A stretch of DNA of 61,559 bases, counting the filler, from Basidioascus undulatus (taxonomy: Eukaryota), in assembly GCA_000826855.1 (NCBI GenBank). It is 5 parts of 5 records of this genome, joined end to end, with 100 filler letters (N's around TTAATTAATTAA, not from the genome) between each part and the next. Parts side by side here need not be neighbours in the genome. Positions count along the whole stretch, not along the records: positions 37,111 to 45,211 come from JTLS01001442.1; positions 45,312 to 53,386 come from JTLS01001443.1; 3 more parts are not named here. One strand, written 5' to 3'. Positions 40,275 to 51,689 of this stretch are shown piece by piece. The notes below the pieces were generated by a model, which was given only the letters and a program-made list of their open reading frames with translations, did no database searches and was not told the origin of the DNA. Every line of letters starts with the position of its first letter. The first letter of the stretch is position 1. Position numbers and translations under genes: made by a program.

Positions 40275-42391
40275 ATGCTGCCTCTCCTCGTACTGCTGAC
40301 TTCGCTCTTCGGACTCGTTTACTCATTTCAGCTCCCGCTCACCCCGTCGGACAGCTCTCGATCAAACTCAATACTGACCCCCGAATTCACGTCCTTCGTC
40401 AACTCGCTTCGCGCCGAGTACGACGTACCCGGCGTTGCGGTCACGGTCATATCGCCTCGGGGTGGCATCGAAGTCGGCGCTTGGGGAGTGGTTGATGAGG
40501 AGGCGACGGAGACTACTATCGATGTCTGTACCTTTACCGGCGACTTCGATCATCATCGCAGGCTATCAGTTCCTGACTGACTTGTCCGCTGAGGTTCGTA
40601 CACAGCACCTCTTCGCGATCGCTTCCAACTCCAAGGCGTTCACGTCCACCGCCATCGGGATGCTCGTGGAGAACGGGACGTTCGGCGAGGCGGGGTGGCG
40701 CGCGAAAGTGGGCGATGTCCTGGGAGAGGACGCATTCAGGCTCCGCGATGAGGTCGCGAGTGATAGGGCGACGCTGGTGGATATTTTGAGCCACCGGTCG
40801 GGAATGCCGAGGTATCTTTGGATACTTGAGGGGGAAATAATGGAAAATGAGGGCTGATAATGAGGACTGCAGACACGACTTCTCGTACACGGGTAACGAG
40901 ACGCTCGAAGACATCGTCCACAAACTGCGCTACCTCGCCCCGTCCTCCGAGTTTCGCGAAGGATGGGCATACAATAACATGGTCCGCTCTCCTATTCTCA
41001 TGCAACTCACATTCTCCTCTCATCATGCCCCGCGCCGCCTCTCGGCGCCGACAGATGTACATGACCGCCGCCATCCTAGTGCGCAAGCTCTCGGGCGTAC
41101 CCCTCCCTGTCTTCGTGCAACGCCACATCCTCGTCCGACTCGGCATGACCAGTACGACGTACGATGCGCGTGATCAACGTATGAGCCAGGCGTTCCGCAA
41201 GGCCGCCGACGGGAGCACGCGCCGTGTGCCGCATGCGCTTGCGGAGGTGGATGCAGAGGCGGGGGAGACGAACGCGGGTGCGGGCGGGGTGCATTCGTCA
41301 GCCCGGGACATGGTGAGATTCTATTTATTTAAGCAATCGTCTTTATTTCCTTGCTCAAACGGGAGAGGGCAGGCGATTTGGCTCCAAACGCTCCTCGCGC
41401 GCGGGCACCATCCTTACACGAACGCGACCGTGATCCCCGCAAGCGTGTACGACGCAGTAACAGGGAGCGTGGGGGTCCCCTCTCCCAAAGGGCCGGATGA
41501 CGAGCCCGAGCTGTCCCTTCAGACGTACGGGATGGGGTTCTTCAGGCAGGCGTACCGCGCGCACGAGATGGTCTGGCACAGCGGGAGCGTGCCCGGGTTC
41601 GTGTCCGTTGTGGCGCATCTGCCTCGTAGGTCGGAGGTGGAATGGGAAGCGTTGGGTGAAGTGACTGATGCGGAGGGGAATGCGAAGGCGATGGGGTCGC
41701 GCTCGCGGTCATGACCAATGCGGACGAGCGCGACGTTTACAGGATCTTGCAGTACCGGCTGCTTGACGACGCTTTGGGGCTGCCCCGCATAGACTGGCAT
41801 TCTAGGTGAGCTTTTGGTTCTCATTGATCTTTTCCATTCGGTGCTTCCGAGTCGCTTATTCCGCAAAATAGACTGCGTAACGGCAGCGCGTTCGAAAAAT
41901 CGACAGCGTCCTCGGCTGCTCGAGTATCTACCTCGCTTGTCACCGATATCGATCCCGCCTCGCTTTCGGGAACGTATCAAAACGCGGCGTATGGCTCTAT
42001 CACCCTCTGCTCTACCTCCTCAAACCTCCCACCCTGCCTCTCCGTCCTCTCGACGTTCTCCGTCTTCTCCCCTCCCACCAACTCCAGCCTCTACGCAGCC
42101 TGGCCGCGCCTTTTCGGGACCCACCTGCACGCCCGTTGCGACCTCAACGACAGTCTACAAGGCAACATCTCCTTTGTGGAGCTCTTCCCCGAGGGGTTCG
42201 GCGAGAACGCGAGCGCGTTTAGTCTGGGCGGAATGGTGGAAGAAGGGGCAGCGGTGGAGTTTAATGTAGATGGGGAGGGCAAGGTGAGGGGGATGGGGTG
42301 GAACGGCATTTGGGGCGCCGGGCAGATAGAGGATAGGCCGAAGGGTGAGGGCGTTGAGGGGCGGTCGGAAGTGTGGTTCGATAAGGTGTAG
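40275..42391 (+). CDS. Secreted beta-lactamase/transpeptidase-fold serine hydrolase (peptidase S12-like)
   Basis: Signal peptide MLPLLVLLTSLFGLVYS. Motifs VPGVAV, LFAIASNSKAFT (SxxK), DILSHRSG, WAYNN (YxN), AGGVHSSARDM and WHSGSVPGF. C-terminus GIWGAG...EVWFDKV*. Confidence 0.9.
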
Positions 42392-43289
42392 ATGACGGAC
42401 GCTGGGACACTATGAGGAGGAAGGACTTCTCATGGATGCGAACACTTACTTTTGGAGCTCTGGCAGGCAGTACAGGAGCTGGATCTGTAAGGAATGCAGC
42501 ATCCTTCTCCTGAAAGGTAGGAGCGAAACGCAACAGTTGTCGTTGGCCGAGAGCTTCGTCGGAGAGAACGAACTCTGCCATTTCCGGCGAAGCATGGGAA
42601 GCGCATGGGTTCAGAAGTGTAGAAAGGTCGCAGAAGTTGAGAGTTCTTCCACATGCTCGTCCTAGTATTTGTTCTGATTGACTGGGATTGACGACGTGCA
42701 GACAGGGACCCATATTGCAGAGCATACGTGTGCTCAATACCTCCTCGCACTGCACTTTTCTTGACATTTGACAGAGGAGATCTTTTGAGGCATCACTCAT
42801 ATTTACGAATGTTTCCATTTTGGCTAATCATCCGCCTGAGGCAGAACAAACGCCGAGCGCCAGTTCGAAGCCGAGCGGAGCTGCATTTGGAAAGCTCCAG
42901 CAAGTGCAAACAGAGCTGCGTGACTCTAAATCCTTGTGCTTCCATCTATTGTACCGGCTCCAAGTTCCACACAGTTTGTAGAATTCCACACGGCTTGTAC
43001 GTGTCGCGTCGTGTCCAGTGCAGATGCAGAGACTGGACGGAGGCGTTGCGCCAGGAAAGTCGAAGGTCCATCTGCCGTCATGTTCGGCTTTTCGTGAAAG
43101 TGTACGATAACCTTGGGGATGAGCGGCAAGAGCGTTGAGGTGTTGCAGGCGCTTGTGGGTGAGTCTGGGGTGCTGCCGACATGAATTGTGTTGCTCGAAG
43201 TATGAGAGTACCTTCTACACTGTGCTATGAATCTCAAGCCTTAAGAAACAGCAGCAAAAAAATTCATGACCGCTGCTAAACTCCGTCCT

Positions 43290-43500
43290 CTCGGCGCAAC
43301 CTCCTACTTCTTCTTTGTGCCCCATCTTCCAGTCCCTGGGGGTGTATCATTGGTTAGCAAACATGATTAAAAGCCATATTAAGCTTAAACATCGTTTCTG
43401 ATGCTCTCGACTACAGTAGAACGACTCGCGACACCCAGTGTATCGCTTAACCGCGAACTTCTCGTAAGCTGCAAGACTGCACTCACTGTCTACTTTCTTC
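43290..43500 (-). pseudogene. Degenerate MYND zinc-finger exons
   Basis: ECS...AVKRYTGCRESFYCSREHQKR, then an intron, then DWKMGHKEE. This matches the MYND YCSxxxQxxxWxxHK pattern but several Cys ligands are lost. Confidence 0.55.
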
Positions 43501-44444
43501 CGTGTGATTCTGACTAAGAGCCGGTTTCCGGCATTCAGGTTCAGCACCCGTCTCACTCAGGGCGGCTTCAATGGGCAAGTTGATGTTCCTTTCCTTTTCA
43601 TTCCACCTTCCGCAGTGATCGGGTGCTTGACGGTATGAAGAAGTCAAACTGTCAAGCTGAAATATTACTATGCTTCTTCATCTCACGCTCTCTTTCCGGG
43701 TCCGCCAATCCACCCTTCCTGCAAAGGGGCTGGCAGGCCTGGCGCGTTCAGCATGGGCGCCGACGCAGAACAGAACCCCGTCTACAACGTCCGCAACGGC
43801 TAGATGGCCATCTACCATATAACCGGTGCGGGAGACCGCGTATGTCCTCGTTTCGTCTGACATCCTCTAAACACAGCAGTGGTTGGCACCGAGGACAAAG
43901 TAGGACTACTGGGCTTTTGACAAGGGCTGGAGCACGGCCTAGCAGCACTATCAGCTCGGGACCTGGAGCTGAGCTACGGCAGTCCTACAGCGGCAACTAT
44001 GGTCTCCATAACGTAAGACCTGAGACCTATCTGTGGCAACGGGCGCTGTGGAGGGTCGACTGCAAGTGTGGCGCTCACCCTCTCCCATAGTCCATTGTCA
44101 CATGTCACCCTTGAGGATACACCCACCTTGACTGGGAACCGTAAAAATGAGAATTCTATGAGTCCTTTCGTCTTGCCCAGATACGGTAGAAGTAGAACAT
44201 TCTCCAATATTGATAGCGGGGAGTTGCGCGAGGAGGATGCAGGAGAGGACGTCGTTGGGGAGATTGAGACCTTTGGGAGAGGGTGAGGACGATGTCGCGG
44301 AACTCGCGAAGATGGTCCTCCGTCGATCCGCCCTCGTCCAGCCGGAGGTTGCATAGCGGGCAGGGGGCATTTTTGGGAGATGATTAGGGAGGCTCTGTAG
44401 GGGGTCTGTGATCATTTTCAATCCGTCTCATTACGATAGCCATA

Positions 44445-44686
44445 GGTGCCAGCCATCTGCCGGCCATCTCTCGACCATCTCTCAGCCATCTGACAGCCAT
44501 CTTCAACCATCTCCCATCCATCTCCAGTCCTCTCAGATCTTTTAGTCATCTAGCTAGCATATTCAGAAGAAAAGATGATCAGTGATGATATGTATGCCTC
44601 TTGAAAGTATTGCTTTTTTCTATCTCAATTGGAGGTCATACAATGGCTATCTTGCAGTCGTCTCACAGCCATCTCACAGCCATCTT
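44445..44686. repeat. Cluster of short (CA)GCCATCT-like direct repeats
   Basis: About 7 CCATCT cores at 44450-44525 and CACAGCCATCT x2 at about 44664-44685. Confidence 0.75.
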
Positions 44687-45211
44687 GGGACTATCCTAGG
44701 TCACCTTCTCATTTTCAGAGTATTGCACACCAATTCCTTGATGGTCTTTGTTAGAAGACTGGAAACTGAGGAAATTCACGTCCCCACCCTAGCAAGCTCG
44801 CAATGAATTCTCAAGATCCGTTAGTCAAACATGTTTTTGGTCTTTTTCTCTATGAATATGAGAGTACTTAAGAAAATGCCAATAGGTAATCTATACTATT
44901 TTATGTTTTCTTTGGCATGACAAGCAAACCCCTGCAAAAAATTTCATTTGTTGCCGTTCAGCTAAGCCCAAAACATTCATATGGATCATATAGATGCCTG
45001 GAAGAAAAGGAGTAACAAGGCTGGTGACCAAGTGGTTAGCATGCCATAGAAGGTTGTGGTTTCAAGCATGATTTTGCCGAATTTTGGCATGTTTTTGGTG
45101 CTCTTTTTATACTCCCTTGACCGTCTTTCACCTCGACTCGCACTCATCCTCTCATCCGCTGACCCGCTCTCTTCCTCGTCTCCACCCTCGTCCTCTCTTC
45201 CGCTGACCCGC

Positions 45212-45311
45212 NNNNNNNNNNNNNNNNNNNNNNNNNNNNNNNNNNNNNNNNNNNNTTAATTAATTAANNNNNNNNNNNNNNNNNNNNNNNNNNNNNNNNN
45301 NNNNNNNNNNN
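45212..45311. other. Artificial contig linker
   Basis: N44-TTAATTAATTAA-N44. Confidence 0.98.
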
Positions 45312-45400
45312 GAACACTCTCGTTTCTTTCGCATCCGGACATTCCTTCCTTCACTAGCCTTATTTCCCTTCCAACCTCCCGCTTACCTCTCCCTAACCAA

Positions 45401-45922
45401 GCCGTCTGCTCCCCCGCCGACGTCAGTGCGTCTTTCTCCTCTCCTTTTCTCTCTCACCTTTCCCCAACCCTCCCAGTCCGGGGCAATCCGGGGCAATCGG
45501 TACTGACAGGAGGGGATTTTTCTCGGCGCAGTCAAATCCCGCATGATGTCCTCCTCCTCCGGCGAGGGGACATTCTCGACCATCGCGCGCGCGTTCAAGA
45601 AGGAGGGCCCGCTGTTCATGTTCAAAGGCTGGGTGCCGAGGTGCGTTGCGCCTTCCCCCATTCCCACTCCACTCTCCCCCTTATCCTTCCCTTTCACTTT
45701 CCACCTTCCACCTTCCATCTCCCACCTTTAATCACCTTCCACTCCGTCCTCCCTTTTCCCCTGTAAATGAACTGAAACATTGACGGGGTGGGCGTCTGCA
45801 GCTGGGCCCGCCTCCAACCAACCACAATCCTCATCTTCCTCTCGCTCGAGCAGCTCAAGCGCGCGACGGACTACATCCGCGGGCCGGCGGCGGTCGCGGC
45901 GGGGGTGAGCGCCGCTGCGTGA
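45401..45922 (+). CDS. DIC1: Mitochondrial dicarboxylate carrier-like protein, last three exons (5' part missing)
   Basis: VCSPADV|IKSRMM...KEGPLFMFKGWVPS|WARLQPTTILIFLSLEQLK, containing the carrier PxDxxKxR signature. TGA at 45920-45922. Confidence 0.8.
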
Positions 45923-46506
45923 GCGGGTGCATTTCCGGCCCAGTAGGAAGGGTAGTGTAGGAGGGAGAGGGGACGCGGACTGCTTGCCTGGTACATGGCT
46001 GTGGTGTTTCACTGCTTTCGGTTTGATGTGCTCTGGTGACGGGAGGGAGCGTGCTCTTTTGGTTTTGATTTGTAGGCTTATGCGACCATGGCTGTGGACA
46101 ATACTTTGATGATATTGTTCGCTTTGTGGGCTTACTTGTGCCGTCCCAAGAGGGAAATACAGGCTCCTCTTGCATTCTTGCAGGAGCATGCAAAGGTCAA
46201 GTTTCGCACGAAACGTCCACCTTGAACCGCAGTGTCGCCGTTTACGCGACTGCATGCGCAGACTGCTGTGCATTAGTCGTGCAGTGAACTACCGTACTGA
46301 ATTTTCACCGAGTTTTGAGTCCCAAATATCCGAGGCTTTTCGCATCCTGGGTTGGGAAGACCGCGGAACGTCATGTGTGGCACGCGGCGAGGCATCGAGG
46401 CAGGCTGAAGTACTCGTTCGGCTCAATCTTCCCCACCAACACCATCGTTTTCTGCCCCGGCATTTCAGCTCTAAACAACTTACAAACAGTCTCCCCTCTT
46501 GACACT

Positions 46507-46857
46507 ATGCCTCACATCCTTGACTCCCCGAACGAGATCCTCTCCCAAGTCCTTTTCGAGGCCTACTTCGCCGACGACTCGTATGCAGGGTCATCCACGC
46601 CCGCTAGCACCACGTCTCCCTTCTACTCGCTCTTGATCTGCAAGCGTCTCGGTCCCCTCGCTCTCGATCATCTCAAGCACTGTGCCGTCTGCGCTCCTAC
46701 TCGCGCGGAGCCGTCTCTAATCGCTTCTTTTCGGGAGTGCGATCTCTTTCTGAGGTTGGGAGGAGGTGATGGTGGTGGTACGGAGAGAAGCTGTGCGCGG
46801 GCCGGTGGCGGTGGACAAGCTGGGTCAAGCGAAGTGGTCGGCGTTTCAGCGGTTTGA
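46507..46857 (+). pseudogene. F-box-like N-terminal relic
   Basis: MPHILDSPNEILSQVLFEAY...SLLICKRLGPLALDHL resembles the LPxEIL...LVCKRL F-box pattern. The frame deteriorates downstream. Confidence 0.4.
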
Positions 46858-48026
46858 AATGCTTTCGCTTGGCTGCACCGCTGCCCCTTTACCCGGATGA
46901 AGCGGAATACTTGATCAATAAAGACTTGAGCACGCGACGGGTACGAGCGCGTTCAATGCGATTGACTGAGACGTGACGCAAAGCAACGAACGGCGTACAT
47001 GCTTGGGCAACCGGTCTGGAGTCGCAGGACTATGTCCAGCTGCTGAGGGCCGCAGCCCTCCTTCGAAGGGTGGTTGAAAGCGGTATGCATTCCGGATCTT
47101 CTTGAATCCAAGCTCAAAGTAAGTAGACACTCGTCATAACCCAGGACAACATCCTCTGAAAAGCATTTTACAAGCAAAGGGAAGGCGAACAGGAAGCGTT
47201 GCAGCTGGCAGGTAAGTTACCGGCGACTCGCCTGCCGACACGGATGGTGCGAGCCCTGCAGCCGCGTCTCGCAAGCTCATAGTGTACAAGTTCGAGTCAA
47301 CCTAGTGATTTCCGTGGTGGATTCGACTGAAGGCATCCCTCACTTCATCCTAGGCTGTGGCATGAGGGTGTATTCGTCGAGCTCATCCCGCTCGAAACGC
47401 GGTGCAGTCTTCTAGGGTTTTGCTCGCTGTGGGTCTGCGCCCTCACTCATGCGGTAACGACTCACGAGACCGGGAAGAGGACGGAAAAGCACCAATTTGA
47501 ACCACTTCCAGCCACTCCCTAAATTTGAGGTTGTTTAAGGAAGGGCCTAGTCACATCTCTGAGTGCCTGTTTCTGCAGCTGGAGGAAACTGCCTCAATGC
47601 TGCAGTCGCCAACACTCTGTGGGTTTGCAATGATTGGATAATCCAGAACTAAGCCTTCTTGTGCATGGACCTTCCAGCTCCATTTGCGTGGTCAAGCGAG
47701 TGTCCGATGTCGAGAGTGCAAAACGGTTCTGCTAGTCAAGACTCAACGCCGGGGGTCGCTTCAGTCAACTTGAGTCCTTCGGACTCCCGTGAGCTACTGA
47801 TCGCCAGTAATAATTTGTGTTTGACAGCAAGGAAGACTCCGAACTCATGGGCGTCCTGCAGATGCCAGTACTGTAACTGCAATGTCCTGCCCTCCGCCAT
47901 CTGCCCAAAGCACACGGTCACATCTTAGAAACACCAGCATAACCCGAATGTACAGTTATCGTCGGTGAAAATTAATGCAAATTCTGCAGAACATTAGATC
48001 CTTCTCCTTCCTTCGCATGATCCAAC

Positions 48027-48320
48027 CTAATCCGCCTTCAGCTTAGAACCCTCCCCCGCTTTCTCCAACCCGACCTTCCTCCCTTTCCCGCCCTCTTCAA
48101 CCTCCAGGATGTCCAGGGTTCTCATTCCCTCCTTCCCCATTTCCTTCATTTCCACTCTATTCTTCACCGTCCTCAGGTCCATCCTCGCCATCGCCTCTGC
48201 GTACGAAACCGCCCCGAAGAAAAGGTCCGAGCGGAGCTTGAGCGTCGCCTCGGTCGTCATGAGCCCGCTTTTGAGACCGTCCGACGTGTCTTCGGATGGT
48301 ATGAGGACGTAGTTCGCCAT
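48027..48320 (-). CDS. Small ORF, weakly BTB/POZ-like; may be a relic
   Basis: YVLIPSEDTSDG...LKLRSDLFFGAV...VEMKE pattern, with ATG after a pyrimidine-rich leader. Confidence 0.3.
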   Translation of the reverse strand: MANYVLIPSEDTSDGLKSGLMTTEATLKLRSDLFFGAVSYAEAMARMDLRTVKNRVEMKEMGKEGMRTLDILEVEEGGKGRKVGLEKAGEGSKLKAD

Positions 48321-49663
48321 TACTCGAGGATGTGGGGGATGGGTTAGGTGGGGGCGCCTGGATTGAGGTTGGACGCAGGGAGAAGAGGGCGAGGGCAGGA
48401 GATCTTATAGTAGCATTGCTGCACGGGGTGGACAGCCTAGGAACGCTGGGTATGTTTGAATAAGAGCGAATGAAAGGTTATGCGGAAGTATTCCAACGGC
48501 CAAGCGAGGGGCACGGCGGAGAGGACGGTAAAATGAAAGGGACTGTCTGTCCAGGTACCGGAACCTCTTACATTTCACCGGAAACAACAGCAGACAGGCT
48601 TTCTTGGTCCCAGGTAATACTCCTTAATATATGTTCTCAAGCCTCAGGCAATTTGGACAAATGACCATGAAAGGGAGCGTCGCGTGGCGGCACAAAGACT
48701 GCAACGAAGCAAACAAAGGCGCACGCGGTGACACGACATGCGGGACAGACGAGTCTGCCCAACAATTAAGGAGACTGTTGAATTCATCTTGGATCAAAAG
48801 TGACCTGAACCTGTCGTATCTTGACAAGCTGCAGGATGAGGGAATGCTGAGCCGCCCACAGAGCGGGAGTTCGGAAGAAGGCAGATTGTACAAAGGACTG
48901 CGATGGTAGGTAGTTTCGGTTCAAGAGCACACCTGCATTCATATGCGGCATTCTCAAGTACCTATCTATCAAACTAAAAATCGTTTACGCGGCAAGCCGC
49001 AGGTTCCCGACCTTGGCCTCTTCGTAAAGCAATGCAGCAACAAATTGTTCATGCTGCCCCATGAAGCTTTACCTGATGAGATTGCTACCACCAAAACACA
49101 AAGGAGAGAGCCTCTCGTCTTCAGCTGCGGAAAGAAGTCAGGGCATGGGTTGTCTTAAGATTTCTCTGTAATCCAATACATGCCCTACTCCCCGCTGCTG
49201 CCACTCCACGGCCCGGGGTGGTAGAGTCACCCAGCCCTTCCACTTCCCTGCGCTCTGCCTTTAGTCTCTTCCTCCGAGTACATACTGCTTACCCTCCATG
49301 ATCCTACAGGTAAACGAGAGAGTTATGAGTGAAGTCTATGCTGGAATATGCCGTTGGCGTGCGAAGCAAGCCGGAGGCAAATTGACTCGCAATCAGGTGC
49401 CGAGTAGTCTACCCGCGAAGCATGAGTGAAAAGCCTTTTGGCCATTCATATCGGGTTAATGTATTCTGGCACCAAATCCTGACATTGCCGAACCCCAGAA
49501 CCCTCCCTTGTCCCAAGGGAGGCGAGCGGAAGATACAGTTCTACTCGGTGACCTCACGACCTCGTGCAGCCGTCCAGCTCGGAGGCCGCGTCGTCTCACC
49601 CACTTAGACGAAGAAACCTCCAAACACCTCCCGAGTCAAGCTCAACCCCCGAAGCCCCTCAGC

Positions 49664-50050
49664 ATGGCCTGCGCCTGTCCGATCGACTGCAAGTGCGTTG
49701 CCCGTTCTCTGTCTCCTTTGCCAACCGCTGCACGGCCTTCCCCTTCCCACCAAATTCTATCACCCTCCTGAACTTCTTTCCGGGAAAATTTGGACTGATC
49801 TTCCCAAGGGCCCATCACCTAGCGACTGCGGCCACACCACGCTGACAGCCAACTGCCACTGCCCTGCGGGGCAGTGCGTCTGTCGGAGCTGCGTGAACGC
49901 GCGGCACTCGAAGACTGTGCGTGGTTCCTTTCCCTCCTGTTGTTCCTTTCTTCATTCGCATTGAGGTGGGGTGTCACACGGCACAGTGCGCGTGCAAGGG
50001 CTCGGGCAAAGACTGCGCGTGCGCTGCGAAGCAGCAGGCTTGCGACTGCG
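49664..50050 (+). CDS. Metallothionein-like Cys-rich peptide (at least 3 exons; terminal residues uncertain)
   Basis: Spliced sequence MACACPIDCN|DCGHTTLTANCHCPAGQCVCRSCVNARHSKT|CACKGSGKDCACAAKQQACDC has 15 Cys in 62 aa as CxC/CxxC and no aromatic residues. Donors are GTGCGT. Confidence 0.85.
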
Positions 50051-50601
50051 TGCGTCTCTTGATCTGGGCTGGGATGAGGTAGAGGAGGATTGCGAGACTG
50101 GGCTGACCGGGAGGAACTTAAATTCGTGGGTGCGACGGGGTGAAGCGCGAGTGATGGGCGTGTAGGGAGCGGAACGAATATCTCGGCTGTTGAGTGGAAA
50201 TTGGCGTTAGGAAGAGTACCGTGTGAGGGTTCGCAGCGCAGAGGAGACTGCGGGGCTTTCAGTTGGACTCGGGGAAGGACCTACCATAGTTCAATGGAGT
50301 TGCATGCTCACAAGGAACATCCCAAAAAGATATGAGGAAACTTCTAGACCTGGGGTCCAATTGTGGGGCAAAGGCAGTGCCTCGCATTGCTGCCAGGAGG
50401 CCCGCTTCCGGTTGGGTACATGGGCTGGGACTGATAAGCGTTATCTAGCCAAAGTCACTCGCAATGGCTATCAGATCTGGAAGCTTGTCCGCTACCTACG
50501 ATCCGACTTTAAGCGTAGGGCACGTTCCTCATGGAAAACTCCGCTGCACAAATCCTGCTCGAATAACTCAATCCATCCGCTTCCCCTTGCTTCTATCCCT
50601 C

Positions 50602-51689
50602 CTACACCTCCACCTCATCATTATTCGGCGGGTCGGCACCCGCACCCACCTGCGTTTCCTTCCCGCCACCGGGCGGCTCCTCGTGCACGACCTCACCCGC
50701 GTCCCTTAGCATGAGGCCAAGCGCGTTCTCCTTCTCGCCCGGGCGCACCCCAACCTCCGGCAAGCCGAGCACGCCCTTCCCCCTCCACACAGCCCACAGC
50801 CCGCCGATCACGCCGACGCCCACGCCCACAGCGCGGCGGCCGACCCACCCGGCCGCTGCCGCACCGGGGACGAGGCCCTCGACGAGTTGCGTCAGGCCGA
50901 CGACGTCCTCGTGCCGCGTTACGCGGCCCTGCTCGTTGAACTCGAGGCGCGTGAGGAGGCGGAGGTGGAAGGTTGTTAGGCGCGAGACGACGCGCAGCGG
51001 GTGCAGAAGACGCATGAGCAGGTGCAGGAGCGTTGCAGGCTGGGTGGAGGAGGGTGCGGGGGTGTGCGTGGGGGAGGAGGGCGAGAGGGGCACGGAGAGC
51101 GCGGTGGAGGGTGGGCAGAGGAAAGGGAGCAGCGTGATGTGCAGCGTGTGATCTACTATGCCGGTGCGGTGGCCGTCTGGGTGGTGGAGGGATGAGAGGG
51201 GGGCAAGCGGAGGAGGAGGCGGAAGACAGGTGCGCACGGAAGGATTCCGACTCGGTCACGTCCCAGATGTCGGTGTAGACGTTGAGCTCCCATGGGAGGG
51301 ACGCCGACAGCGCGCAGGGGATCGTAAAGTAATCCGCGATGCCCGGCCGACTCGTCAACGTAACCCAAGGCGACTCATACACTACCATCCACCCACGCAC
51401 AGCCTCTATCAGCTCCCATTCCCCCCCTCCCCAGCACACCATCACACTTACTCGCTTCCGGCTCATACCACTTCCGGACCTTGTGCCTGAGTCCGACGTC
51501 TGCCTGGCCTGGCGAGTAGAGCGTCGAAACGAGGTCGAGCATGAGGGCCTTGTGCCACCCTTCCGAGCGGCGGAGGGGCGTCGTCGGCGAGAGGGAGGGC
51601 GAGGATGTGGACGGCGCGAAGACGGTCGGGGGGAGGGCGATGCTGTGCGGGATGTGCTGCGGGAGGTGCGCGTGCGAGGTGCCGCGCAT
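50602..51689 (-). CDS. Hypothetical protein, probable NTF2/SnoaL-like fold, 3 exons
   Basis: KWYEPEA|xYESPWVTLTSRPGIADYF and LRLLTRLEFNEQGRVTRHEDVVGLTQLVEGLVPG resemble SnoaL-like F/YxDP and GKIxxHxD motifs. Coding-like codon use. Confidence 0.6.
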
